Assembly: GCA_965649765.1 (NCBI GenBank)
Contig: OZ287750.1
Coordinates: 59,954,001 to 60,018,000, forward strand
From: Bispira polyomma
Lineage: Eukaryota
Length of the DNA: 64,000 nucleotides
Direction: 5' to 3'
The translations under genes and the position numbers were made by a program. How positions within the stretch are numbered: position 1 is the stretch's first letter; each line of letters begins with the position of its first letter. The notes beneath the pieces were generated by a model, which searched no databases, was not told where the DNA came from, and saw only the letters and a list, made by a program, of their open reading frames with translations. Of this stretch, positions 11,623 to 24,180 are shown in pieces.

Positions 11623-12223
11623 CTATCTAAATGTAGACAGTGGAGTCTCTTTCTCTGTAGTACCTTTCATTTCAGAAGATAAAAGATCTGGACACTTATC
11701 CATTGGTTCACTGTTCAGTCCCCTGGAGTTGAGTTCTAAATAGAACGCCCCGTTCTTGGTAGTCTTACCAGTCCCGTTCACCGTGGCAAACCGCACGCCT
11801 TTTAGAGAACGCGAACTCTCGTATGTGGATGAGGAGAGTTGTGGTGTCGCGCAGCTGCTGCTGTCGTATTCCAGTTTAGTGGTGGATGCCAGGGACTGGG
11901 CAGGGATACAACAGGTTGTCTGTATGGTGGAACTGCGTAGGGTGTTAGTGCAGTTCTCACACTGGCAGAAGGTTGGGCCCGCTACGATGTAAGGACTCTC
12001 GGCGGCGGAAGATTGGCCTATAGGGCCATGTATGTGGCAAACAGTCTCTGAATAGTCACTGTTTTTAAGCTGCTGCTGAGGACGAAGCAGTGTGCCCATC
12101 TTTGACAGCATGGGTAGCCGCTCTTCCTGAGGATTGGTGAAGATCTTATCGTATTGTAAGGCCTCTTCGCTGCCCTCTAACTTACGTGGAACATTGTTGC
12201 TCCTGTCGTTGGTCTTCCGTTTT
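11623..12223 (-). CDS. Terminal exon: cytoplasmic tail
   Basis: Basic stop-transfer RKRKT followed by a Ser/Thr-rich tail with several Tyr motifs; stop at 11623. Confidence 0.85.
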
Positions 12224-15200
12224 CTACAAAACAAACAAAAGACACTTCTGAAAAGTGATATACAGTGGTATACCTCTATTTTTAAAACACATGTCTGTAG
12301 AGCAGAATTTTGGTTTAGGTAATAGAAGGTTTCATAAAATAGAAGCGGAAATTTTCTGTATGAAACATAAATTTAGGGTGAGTTGAAAAAAATCAAATAT
12401 ATGGATAATAGAAGTTTGGATAAAATAGGTTCTACCATACTGTCAAAAATTCAACTGATTATTTTTTACTGAATATACATGTCAGAGACTTTATAAATCA
12501 GTCAAGTATTTTACAATTTTTACAATTTAATTATCTCATTTCAAGAAGCTAATCTTGTTATAATCTTGTTATATCACAAGGTCATCTCATTATCACAAGA
12601 TTAACTTGTTGTTAATGATATCATTATAATGAGATAGATCTGGTGCTAACAAGATCATCTTGTTCTTACAATTCAATTATCTGGTTATAACGATGTAGAT
12701 CATGTGATAACATGATTATTACAAAGGTATCTCGTTCTCACCAATTAATTATATTTTGGGGACAAGATAAATGAAATTGTGAGCACAAGATAAACGTGTT
12801 ACAATGAGATAAGATATTAATAGATATGTCCTAAAAGGGGCTCCATGAATTTGTCAGAAAACAGTGATATTTGCACTGGTTGGATTATATAAGGCTCCCC
12901 CTCTTTACAAAGACCCCTTGTTCACTACTTATATATACTTACCTTTTGACGTACATGAAGCAGACAATCATCCCCGCCACATAGATGACGATAACCAAAG
13001 CCACTCCAAATATAATGAATAGGGACATGCCTGCAAAAAAATACAATAGAAAATAATTCTGTTTGCAGATGACTATGAGTAAATTAGTGCCCAATATAGG
13101 TTAATTTTCTCAACTGAGAAATTAAGACAACAATAGCTCATCCAAAACACTTTAAAATCAATCTATTGCAGAAATGAAACATTTTAGTTTGAAATTTTAT
13201 TTTCACTAATTTCATTGGAATTAAGTTTCACTATAGGCTAAGTTTTAAAATTTCACCAGAATTAATTTTTGCTAATATAAGTTAATTTTCTCAATGTTAC
13301 TAATGAAGACAACAAGAGGAGCTCATCAAAAACAATTTAAAATCAATCAATTGTAAAAATGAAACATTTTAGCTTGAAATTTTATATTCACTTATTTCAT
13401 TGGAATCAAGTTTCACTATAGGCTAAGTTTTAGTTTCAAATTTTTACCGGAATGAATTTTTGCTACAGTAAGTTATTAGCTACAAAAGCCAAAATTAAAT
13501 GTACTAGCCTAAACCTTACACATTTACATTACTTGATTATTATATGATCATGATGGTTAAGTGCAAACAAATTAGTACTATATTTTTTACAAATTGCATC
13601 TACATCACAGCAAAACAGTATATTTTTCATTGTTCTAGAAAGAATGTGCAATTAAATATTTTTGAATATCAAGGTCAACTGAGGTCAAAATTTCTTGAGC
13701 AGAGTCACCTATCCAAAATTGAAATGCGTAGTAAAGAATTTAAGAAAACATGGTCAGTGTTTGCTACCTTTTTGACGAAATTGAATATGTAATATAATAT
13801 TATTGAACAAGAAAGTTTTGTAACCTGATATTGCTAGTTCATTAATAATTAGCCTATAGCAATAATATATACTTTAGCCTTTATAATGTGTTTAAATGGA
13901 ATTTATGTGATAATTATTGCTAATCTGCAAAATAATGTGTACCAGTCTCATTTTTTATGTAGTATATAGTAAGACTCATACTGTGTATGAGATATTTTGT
14001 AAAACCTCAATAGGGGGTTGGCTATGTTCGCCTCAATAGGGTACTTTTTGTGTGTCCTTTGTTGATGTGGTTTTTTTTTTTTTTTGTATTGTTCATTTTT
14101 GTTGTCTATATTGAGTAATTGTGTAACTTTTTTTTTGTTTGTGTATTGTATTGTAATGTGTAAAAAAAAAAAAAAAAAAAAAAATCTGGGCAGAGAGGCA
14201 GCTTTATGGATTTTCTATTACAATGTTATTGCAGCAAATTTTGATAATAAACAAAAGTTTATAATAATAAAAAAAAAAAAGAAGACTTTTCGGCCAAAAC
14301 TAAAGTTATCAGAAAAATTTGGGGGGAAACAATTGTTATTTATTATAAAGGTGTACAGGGGCGAATGTACCTGGCCGATTTTTCTTCCGAATTCTTCGTC
14401 CGTTTCCGTCAGCTCAAAAATATTGAAATATATTAAAATAGAGAAGTAGAATACATATGGTTGATGGCACATCCGAATCGGGAGCCAAATTTTTTCTGAT
14501 TGCAGACGAGAATATAAAGTAAATTTTATTGATTTTTTTTTATTATTCAAAACATGAATGCTACAAAAATCGGCCAGTTTTTCTGGTACAGTCCATCTGC
14601 AAATTCTGATGACAAAAACAGATGTTGGATGACAGATTTGGAAGTAAAATCGGACAGGTACATTCGCCCCTTACTGCAGCGGTTAGAGCCCACTAACAGT
14701 TAATTAGGCCCTACCACCCTGTGAATGTAATGGAAAATTTCAAAAGGGCTGAAGTTTATGTCCAGGCATCCTCCAAGTAGGCACAACATCCATAGGGTGA
14801 ATCATAATAGTCTAAGTACATAATGGGGTTCATAAGGAAAATGTGGAGCGTGTACTGAAAGGAACCTTTAAATAGGATAAAGGGGTGAATGTACCTGTCC
14901 GATGTTGCTTCCGGATCTGTCATCCGACGTCCGTTTCCATTATCAGAAAAAATTAAAATCAAAGAAAACAGAGAAGAAGGATACACCTGGTCGATGTCAC
15001 CTCCAAATCGGGAGCCGAATTTTTTTTGGATGATGAAATGGACGTCGGATGATGGGTTCGAAAGCAGAGTCGGACAGGTATATTCGCCCTTTAAGCCTGC
15101 TTGAAGCTGTATGACATTAGGTGTATTCTGGAAGCGAGTAGGCTTGTTTAATAGCGGATATCAATAGGTTAATTTTTACATTTACTAGGAGCTGCATAAG

Positions 15201-18200
15201 TGAAAAGAACGACTACATGGGTGGCTTCGGCCTAACCTATGAGTCAATCTTTATAAGGATTGCGATGCAATATGATCATCAATCGGAGGCTTAATTAAGT
15301 TAGTTTTGTTTTATCTCTACCACAATAGTCATATTAAACTAATCACTGATTTTTTTTGATTGTGGGGCCTTAACTTCTGCAGTAGCCTATGTATTGTGTG
15401 TGATATTTAACACATTCTGTTCAAACATATTAAAGAACTATAACATGTTGATATAACCACACTATCCCCCTTAAAAACCTGAGTACATGTACGCACTCAT
15501 TATGCTTGTTACATCTTAGCAAAAACTACATAAAAAAAAAAAAAAATATTTTTTACAAAATGGCTTGATGTAAAGACTTATATCTGTATAACTTAACTAA
15601 AAATGTTGTTCTTATATTTAGTCCCACAAAATCTGAGTAAATACTGGAACCTTTTGCAAACTCTTTCTTTTTATAACTTCCAGTTCCCACTGACTGAAAT
15701 TGTGCTATATATCATGCAGGTAACATTACCTCATATATTCAATATGTAACATTTTACACTAAACAAAATGTAAAAATAATAAACTTTTCACAATTACCAT
15801 CACAAAATATAAATATTACAGTTGAGGAAAATTAAAGTACGTACACTATATTTTAACAATGCCAAACAAAAAGCTGTATACATATTTTATATGGAGCTCT
15901 TTACCAATCTTTAAAAAAATTGTATTATGGATTTTAAACATGCATTATTGATGCTAGGCATCTTCTAAAGTGCAACATTAAAATCAATGAACCAAGCGAT
16001 TTGTCCAGAAATCATAACCAAGTCACAAAGAAGGATATCTAGCATGTGACATATTGACTTTTACATGTTTTCGAGACGCAATATTCAACTGCTTGCTCTT
16101 ACTAGAAGCAAAAATCAACTTTTAAATTTGGATAAATTAACAGTTAAAAGAGAGGGAGAGATATATTTGAAAAACTTAGTTTTACTTTAACAAAACTTTA
16201 AACAAAATATTTTCACCTAGAGGAGGCATCCCTGAGGAGTCTTCATGCTGCTCCGGTGTGACAGGATTTGTTGACCCAGGAACTTTATCAGACCCTACAG
16301 GAACTATGACCATGTTAATCACAATAGACAGCCTGTTTAATGTTTATAGTTTGGATTTAACATCACTTTCAACACATCTTGTGTGATATATTACAACGGG
16401 AAGTTCACTGATGGAGTGAATCGGTACGTATAGTTGGTCAAGGATCTCTGCTCTGCAAACCGCCTTTCATCAGCAAGTTTACATTTACAAGTCACAATTT
16501 TCCCATATACATGCTAGGGCCGAGATTTAAACCCAAGACTGCAGAGGTGGAAATCGAGTGTGTTACTACTATCCCTCCGAGGTCCCCTACATACTTCATT
16601 TATACTAGCATTGGAGCAAATGCACTTTTGGTACTAATATTACGTTTGTTCATAAACAAAATTAAAAATGGCGGATATAATGTAGCTTAAAGGTGTCCTT
16701 TCCGAAGCAAAAATTAAACAAAAAAAAAAATATTACACAAATAAAAAAGTTAATAATTTTAAAAAATTTATTTAAAAAAATAATTTGTAACAGTTTAGAA
16801 AAACATGGGGGAAAAGACCCCCAAATTATCGTTAAAATATTAAAGTGGAGTTAGTGACGACATATTAGTACCGGAAAACTGCATTCTAGCCCTAGCATTT
16901 TATTTCTACTCTGTAATCCTTGCATGCTGACAGATACATATTCATAAATTTGGTTGTCACTTGGCACTGTTGTATACCATAAATATTAAAAAAAATATAT
17001 AATCGTACAGACAAATTGTGGATAAGAAAAAGGTTTCAATTAGACATACTGATGGAAATATTGCCAATGGAAGTAATTTGAGTCCATAGTTACAGGATGA
17101 TATTAAGGTAAATACACAAAACACAGGAGTTGACTCTGGAGGTGTAGATTGGTTGTACAACATAGTAACAGTAAAAAAATATCAACTACAACGACTACAT
17201 ATATAGTATCATTCATAGGATTCAATTACAGTCAGTGGAAATATGGAACAAATATAAAGTGGGTTTTATTTGTGGTCCCAAACGAAAATTTACTGTCAAA
17301 ATAGTATCTACCTGCAAATAGCTCTCAATTCAACCTATTTTTGTATATGCAATGTCTGAGAAAAGGTTGTTTTGACATCTCATCAGGATTACAAAAAAGC
17401 ATAATGCACACATACCAGCCTTCTTGTTGCTACAGTTTCTCAATGTGTCTCCAACCCATTTACCATCTTGACACAGAAATTCAAAAGTTTCAGAGGTTTG
17501 GTTGCACCTTATGATCACATGGGTGTCAGTGTTTCTGACATAGTGGTAATCTGCAGGTTTTGTTACAGCGGGACAACCCAGAACTAAAAACAAAGAGAAA
17601 CACAAATACTGTATTGTATTGTAGCATGTATTTTTAACGTGCTTTATTGTTGTATTGGTGTGAGGCATCTTCTAAAGCACAACAAGCGAATCGATAAGCC
17701 AATATCAAACTCATTGCATGTTTAGTTGAAGTGCAACAACCCAGAACTGAAAATGAATCATATAGAAAGTAAAATATTACTGACTAGTATTCCTCTGTTT
17801 GGACAAGAATATTGCTATCTATTTATGTGGCAAAGTTTTTTTTTCAAATTTCTTAAGTAATTTTTAATACACCTGGATATGGTACATGTTTTAAGAGGGG
17901 CACACACTTGTATACTTCACATAAAAAATGTATATTTGAATTTAGTCGGGTTTTACGTTGCTTTCAACAACTTAGGTCATATCACGACGGCCAGATTTAG
18001 TGGTGAAAGAAACAAGTGCTAACAAACTTTCTCACGTGTCGAATTAATAATGTATAATTACAATGTTTTTGAATTCAGTAAAATTTCAAAGAACTTCAAA
18101 TCTTAATCATCTATCGAAATATTCACATGAAACAGCACCATGGTCTCATTTCAAAGACGGTCAAAATTTACATTCTCTACTAATTTATTAATGTTGATAG

Positions 18201-21200
18201 GTTCACATCAGTTATTCCATGTTATACATTAATATATAATATTAAGACATCTGTGATGAAATAACAAGCATTTACAATTTCCCAAAGAACAGAGCAACTG
18301 CTGTTGGTGTCTGCACAAGTTTTCTGGGTAGTAAAATATTCTTTTATATCACAATACAACATTTTCCTAGCAAGATAATAACCACAGTGTCGTTGTATAT
18401 GATATCAGTCTGGCAAAACATCTGACAATTTAAAAAATCTTTCTCACAATGTCATCATATAATACGGCAAAATTTCAGAAGAATAACAATTTGTCAAATC
18501 ACACATATTGACTGAATATAGCTGAGACGTACTTGTATAATGGACAAGAAATGGCGTAGTCACAGCAATAATTTCCACTTCCACCGTATGAGTCTGTGAG
18601 ACATAAATATTGCTTCGTTGCTTGTAATTATTTCTACATATTGGAGTAGACGGCGCAAGACTTGCTTCACCTAGAAATATAAAATACAAGATTATATTAC
18701 TTATTTTTTGTCAAAAGCCTTTTCAAAGTCAGCAAGCTTTGCCTTATTGACAGAAATGGTTACATTTAATCCAAATGGATCCATGCAGTTCAGTTCAATA
18801 TCAAGAAGCCTAATCGCTATATAAATATCCTCCACTGTTTTCTTAGTTACTTAGCATATTGTCAAATTTTTTAGAACTAAATAGAGAGAGGGATATCGGC
18901 AATAATCTCCAATTTCATTTTTAAAATTGTGGTGCCTGCTATTGCCTTGTAGTCATCAGTTGATATGGTAATCAGAAGGTCCCCAAGTTCATTGCCTTGT
19001 TGTTAGCAGTTGGTTTGGGTACAGAAGATCCCCAAATTCAATCACTGGTAGAGCTAGAATGGTTATTGCTGGATAACATGCAAATACCTTCCCATCATGG
19101 CCAATGCAAGTTTGTAGGATTATTCCTTCTTGGAGGATATACATTATAGAGAATGCATTTTTAGCAATATGGTTTGATACAAAAGCATCACATAAACAAC
19201 ATAAAACTACAATGACCTCTATAAAGCCACTTACTAATTTTAAAACTACAATGTCATCTGTCAAGTCAATTGCATGTACTAATTCTAAAACTATAACGTC
19301 CCCTGTAAACTCACTAATTTTAAATTAACAATGTCCTCTGTCAAGTAACTTTTTCATTTTAAAACTACGATGTCCACTGTCAACTCAGTTATTCTAAAAT
19401 TACAGGCCATCTCCTGAGTCAATTACTAATTCTAAAACTATAACGATCCCTGTAAACTCACTAATGTCTAAATCAACAATATCCTCTGTTCAGTCACTTA
19501 CTGATTATAAAAAGCCTTTGACAGGGGTTGGCTGCCCCATCTGACTGTGACGTCACTGAGGACCTGTTAGTATAAGCTGCAAAGTCCTCCACACTCAGAG
19601 CTATCTTCTGGCCAGGACTGGCTTCTATCTGTTCATGCATATATACATACACACCTGTTTTAGTCTGAGTTAATGTAATAATCAGGATACAGAATTGCCT
19701 AAAACTATGCTTATAATGGTTGATACTGGATACAGCAAGAGCACAGACTACGTCTATAATGTTACTATAAAAATTCAGGCTATAGAACTGGCTTGTATTA
19801 CTTGATTTGGAGTATATGGTCCATAATTTTTTTTCAAAAACTTATATTGTGCAGATAGTATGTGACAAGACAATATTGAATAACCTTATTGATGGAATAA
19901 ATTTTAATTCATAAAAAATCACTGTGAATATATTATAGCAAATGCACAAATGCAGTGCAATGTATCCAGAGTTTCTAAGAGGCTTCGGTGGCTACACAGG
20001 CAGTCGCAATGTTGGCCGGATCATTATGTTATCCGTTGCATTTTTAACTAACTTACAGATGGAAAAAATATTTAAAGCACATGCTACTTTAGGTCTATAA
20101 ATTAAGGTACAGAAAACTATGTTTTATTTTCAAGAAATCTACATTTTAGACATTGAAATGTGCGTCAACCAACATTATGACCTGGCCAACATTGCGACCA
20201 CCCATGTAATGGTTAAAAGCGTTTGCTTCAGAATCATTGGCCAGCAAGGTATGTAAAACCCAACTAAATTCAAATTCCAAAATCTGCAGGCATCGGTCTG
20301 GTAATGTTTGTACTTGAAATTATCTTACCTTATAAGGACACATGGGTGTAGAATACATGGATGAGATGTCTCCAGAGTCTGGTGGAAGATGGATGTTCTG
20401 GTAATGTTTGTACTTGAGACTATCTTACCTTATAAGGACACATGGGTGTAGAATACATGGATGTGATGTCTCCAGAGTCTGGTGGAAGATGGATGGACTG
20501 GTAATGTTTGTACTTGAGACTATCTTACCTTATAAGAACACATGGGTGTACAGTACATGGATGATATGTCTCCAGATTCAGGGGGAAGACGGATGGTCTG
20601 GTAATGTTTGTACTTGAGACTATCTTACCTTATAAGGACACATGGGTGTAGAATACATGGATGAGATGTCTCCAGAGTCTGGTGGAAGATGGATGGTCTG
20701 GTAATGTTTGTACTCATACATCTCACACTCCTGGGCATGTTTGGTGTACACTGAAGAAAGAACACAATACATTCAACACAGAGTGGACTTAGCATTGTGA
20801 TTTTCTTACATAATAAATACTAAAAAACAATCAAATAAAGTTTAGAGTCACCACCTGCAATCTTGCAAATTTGCGAGTGTTAACCAAGTTCTGCTTACTA
20901 GCTATTGCTTTATATAACATATAATTCACATAAGACATCAGTGGTTGTTCTGACAAAGTTAATTAAACAGCAAAATGTTGATGAAAAGTGTGGCAAAATG
21001 ATGTGTTACGTGACAAAATAATGACAAACCATTTGCATTTTGTGTGGTTCATGTATGATAATGTAAATATTCTTAACAATAATCACAATTATACACATGT
21101 ATCAGCTAAATGAAGAATCATACTTTGGGTACGATTTGTAAAATGATATTATCTTGATTATGCATGTACTTATGTCTTAATATAATTAGAACTTGAACAT

Positions 21201-22091
21201 TTATTTTTAAACCAACACACTGATGAGTAGCCCATGTCTCACAAACCTGGCTGGCATCTGTACTTGGCTGACAGGTAGTTAGCAAATTCTGACTGACACG
21301 GTTCTGTTTTTAGAAGTCTGGGGTCTGAGGCGGCTATCTCACAAAGTCTCCGTCCAGAACACACAATGTCCATAATCTGCATGACGTCCTGTCGTAACAC
21401 ACAAGGCCCAAAAAATTGACCTCAGATCCAGTGTATATTAAAAGTTTCAATCTGCTATAACTCATCCATTAAACAAATATATACCTGATTATAATACTTG
21501 TGCACAATCAGGTGACACAGACTTCATACCAGGACAATAATAATAAGCCCATACATGACAATACCGCACTTCCAACAAGTAGTTTTTTATCACTTACTAC
21601 CAATTCCCCCAATGATGAATTGGTCATCGTTGTGTCTTTGGAATTTTGTTACACATTTTTTATACATATTTATACAACAATATACGCCAGATAAATGGTT
21701 ACATCGTATATTTTACCCCTAATTTTAATCAATAAACACATTATTAATTTTTTTTATGTTATAATATAAATTGTACAATCTTCTTATAAAATGTCACCAA
21801 TTTAAAATTATGACCAAAGTGCCTTATAAGCCTACCCGAGGCTGGGTTTGTTCTATGTAATATCTTTATTATTATTTATTTTTGTATACAAACAGGACAC
21901 TATAATAAACAATATTCCATTCTATTCTATTCTACATGTCACACTCACAGACTGACAGCCTTTGATGTACTTCTGGATACATCTCCCATACTCCATCCTA
22001 CCAAACCGGGCTCTCTCCATCACAATGACCTCATCAGCACCACATTCTATTTGGAACATTTCTTCACGACAGTACTCGCCCATAACGCCCT
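11623..22091 (-). CDS. Multi-exon type-I membrane protein: SUEL/Gal-lectin, CUB-like, Sushi-like, TM, about 200-aa cytoplasmic tail; 5' exon(s) not identified
   Basis: Nine GT-AG exons with matching phases: 21949-22091, 21247-21388, 20629-20750, 19502-19628, 18533-18670, 17416-17583, 16217-16294, 12943-13030, 11623-12223. Confidence 0.85.
12545..12846. repeat. Intronic element built of short palindromic ATCTTGTTAT/ATAACAAGAT-like units (probable non-autonomous transposon)
   Basis: Repeated direct and inverted TCTTGTT/ACAAGA/TGAGAT motifs. Confidence 0.45.
12943..13030 (-). CDS. Exon: transmembrane helix
   Basis: GMSLFIIFGVALVIVIYVAGMIVCFMYVK; donor gtaagt. Confidence 0.88.
13095..13470. repeat. 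Tandem duplication, about 185 bp x2
   Basis: GTTAATTTTCTCAA...AAGACAACAA..AGCTCATC...CATTGGAAT.AAGTTTCACTATAGGCTAAGTTTT occurs twice. Confidence 0.85.
14357..14671. mobile_element. Harbinger-like MITE, TAC TSD
   Basis: TIR AGGGGCGAATGTACCTGGCCGATTTT / AAAATCGGACAGGTACATTCGCCCCT; TAC on both flanks. Confidence 0.88.
14881..15091. mobile_element. Sibling MITE, TAA TSD
   Basis: TIR AGGGGTGAATGTACCTGTCCGA / TCGGACAGGTATATTCGCCCTT; shares internal ATCGGGAGCCRAATTTTTT with the 14357 copy. Confidence 0.88.
16217..16294 (-). CDS. Exon: juxtamembrane stalk
   Basis: GSDKVPGSTNPVTPEQHEDSSGMPPL; phase 1-1, canonical splice sites. Confidence 0.72.
   Translation of the reverse strand, partial: GLIKFLGQQILSHRSSMKTPQGCLL
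16349..16587 (-). mobile_element. tRNA-derived SINE, diverged
   Basis: Degenerate A/B boxes, TGGGAAA core and GATGTTAAATCCAAA tail, as in the 35920 copy. Confidence 0.65.
17416..17583 (-). CDS. Exon: Sushi/CCP-like domain
   Basis: LGCPAVTKP...VIIRCNQTSETFEFLCQDGKWVGDTLRNCS (4 Cys plus Trp). Confidence 0.85.
17935..18040 (-). mobile_element. SINE 3' fragment
   Basis: Reverse strand GTGAGAAAG...GATATGACCTAAGTTGTTGAAAGCAACGTAAAACCCGACTAAATTCAAA. Confidence 0.65.
18533..18670 (-). CDS. Exon: CUB-like C-terminal part
   Basis: SEASLAPSTPICRNNYKQRSNIYVSQTHTVEVEIIAVTTPFLVHYT. Confidence 0.82.
19200..19512. repeat. Degenerate about 38-bp minisatellite abutting an exon donor
   Basis: About 8 units like AAAACTACAATGTCCTCTGTCAAGTCACTTACTAATTT. 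Confidence 0.75.
19502..19628 (-). CDS. Exon: CUB-like middle
   Basis: IEASPGQKIALSVEDFAAYTNRSSVTSQSDGAANPCQRLFII; donor gtaagt. Confidence 0.82.
19995..20206. mobile_element. TA-TSD (Tc1/mariner-type) MITE nested in a SINE head
   Basis: TIR CACAGGCAGTCGCAATGTTGGCCGGATCATTATGTT / AACATTATGACCTGGCCAACATTGCGACCACCCATG; TA flanks. Confidence 0.8.
20295..20714. repeat. 100-bp tandem repeat, about 4.2 copies, containing exon 3' end and splice donor
   Basis: Unit CTGGTAATGTTTGTACTTGAGACTATCTTACCTTATAAGGACACATGGG... starts at 20298, 20398, 20498, 20598 and 20698. Confidence 0.95.
20629..20750 (-). CDS. Exon: start of CUB-like domain
   Basis: VYTKHAQECEMYEYKHYQTIHLPPDSGDISSMYSTPMCPYK; acceptor tttcttcag, donor gtaaga. 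Confidence 0.85.
21247..21388 (-). CDS. Exon: SUEL lectin C-half
   Basis: DVMQIMDIVCSGRRLCEIAASDPRLLKTEPCQSEFANYLSAKYRCQP. Confidence 0.88.
21949..22091 (-). CDS. Exon: SUEL lectin N-half
   Basis: EYCREEMFQIECGADEVIVMERARFGRMEYGRCIQKYIKGCQS; acceptor ttctag, donor gtgagt. Confidence 0.88.
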
Positions 22092-22489
22092 CTAGAATGA
22101 CACATACAAATACAGGGTTCACAATGTGCACAAAAAAGAAGTGGTTGAGTTTCGTCAGTTAGTTATAGTAACAAAAAAAAAAAAAAAAGCCTTGAAAAGT
22201 AGATAATTCTAAAATTGACCATTATAGACTTCAGATGAGTTTAGGGTCGAGACAATTTTTTACTTAAATTTGCAGCACAAAAAGTACGACAGATATGTCT
22301 ATGCTTCAAGGTAACTGAAATATTCAGCATAAACTTCATTAATGCATTAGTTATTCTTATAGTAGTTATATTCATTGAACTTACAATGGTCTTTGCTAAA
22401 ATTCTACTCAGTTATAAACAATGGAAATGTGCCTTGACAACAGGGACCAGTATAAGATCAAAGTTTAAAATGAACACAATGATTTCCAT

Positions 22490-22880
22490 TCTACCCAAAA
22501 TAAACCTACCCTGATATAATCTATCTGGTTCTATGATACATTTCACATTTGTATTAAAAATAAAACCTAATGTAATATAATCTATAGAGTTATACGATAC
22601 ATTTCACATTTGTAATTAAAACAAAACCTAATGTGATCTAATCAATGGGGTTATATAATACATCTGTACCCAGAATAAACCTAATGCGATTTAATCTATG
22701 GGCTATATGATACATCTATACCAAAAATTAAACCTAACGAGATAGAATCTAAGGCGTTATATGACACATTTGTACCCAATAAATCAAAATCAAACCTAAC
22801 CAGACATAATCTTTTGGGTTATATGATACATCTGTACCAAAAATAAACTTAACGTGATATAATCTAAAGGGGTTGTATGT
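22490..22880. repeat. Minisatellite, about 53-62 bp unit, about 7 copies
   Basis: AAATAAACCTAATGTGATATAATCTATGGGTTATATGATACATCTGTACC variants. Confidence 0.85.
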
Positions 22881-24180
22881 CATACAGCTTAGCATCTGCA
22901 CCCCAATTCTCAATAAGTAGACATACAAGTAATATTTGTAAAGTCAGTGGCTTTGTCCTCTGACGGACTCTAGGGCCACTAAATTAGCAGCATCATTTCA
23001 TGGTGGATTTAAGGAGATAAAGCAATGTCTGATGTATATTGGCTTTTGTCCCTTATTTCCCCAACAGAGAAAATAGATCCAAAGGCTTTAGCTGGATGTC
23101 CCACTCAGGCCCTTTAGTTATTGCTAATGTAGCTATAGCAAAAACTAGTGCAAAGATACAGTAAGGAATCATTGCAAATAGCAAAGTGTTGCATCAAGAT
23201 TATTGCAATACAAATGAACTTCTTCAAGTACAGAAAAGTAAAACAGGTACAGAAAAGCAAAAAATTAAGACAGGGAATTAAAAAAGGCATGTTTAAAAAG
23301 GGGATCCTTTATGGTATTTTAAAGTAAGTTACTTTAGGGACTGCATGACACTGATACAGGCCTTGGAAGTATTTGCTGAAGAAATCTGTCATCTGCATAA
23401 TAGCAAGCACCAATGCAAGTTACGTGGCCAGAATTGGAACTTCAAAGTCCAAAATGTGGCTGCAGTCATCAATTATTTAACCCGCTTTGTAGCAACCCTT
23501 CCTCAAAAAAACTCTAGAAAGTATTTACTTTAGCATTTGTTAATTCCTGCTGACGATGTAAGAAAGCCGTGTAAATGTCGTAAACTTTTCGTAGTAAGTT
23601 TTTGTGTGTGTTTTAGGTAGCATTTTTTGAAGAAAGTTCAACATGTATGGTCTGTGTCAGCTAATACCTTACCCTTACACAACCAGCATGTGTACAGTCA
23701 AAGCAACACTGGTATCTTTTACATAATTCTTTTAAATTAAGAGAGATACACATGGCAATGTTGGCATTTACCGAATGGTTTTACAAATCCTCAGTGGGAA
23801 GAGTAATACATATAAGCGTATCTGGCCTGATTTTTTTGGACAGTTTCTTAATAGTATGATCCAGTACAGTTCTATCTGTGTAAGAGACCCTCCTGTATCT
23901 GTCTGTAATGACACTCCTTTATTATAACAAGACTGTCAAAGAGAAGTGTTCCCCACCAAGGAACTCCAAGTTCACTAAAGTCACTAAATACATAGCATTA
24001 TAGCTAACAGCATCGTGGCAAAACCCATCTATTGGAAAATAATAATTATGTACCCTGAATAAAAACAAATGCCTTAGTAGTTATGAGGTATTTTATTTTC
24101 TTATTGAAATATTATAAATTTACAATTTATTTGTTTCTGGAGGTATAGATCTACTCTAGGCATCTCAACTAGTGAAATCG

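Noticed and set aside
20295-20714. CRISPR-like array (also 22490-22880 and 50050-50278)
   Set aside because: Head-to-tail repeats without unique spacers, eukaryotic context, no cas genes
21218-21248. Hammerhead-like CTGATGAG...CTC motif (weaker look-alikes at about 9680, 23548 and 43295)
   Set aside because: Core incomplete (CTCACAAA instead of CTCGAAA) and no supportable stems I/III
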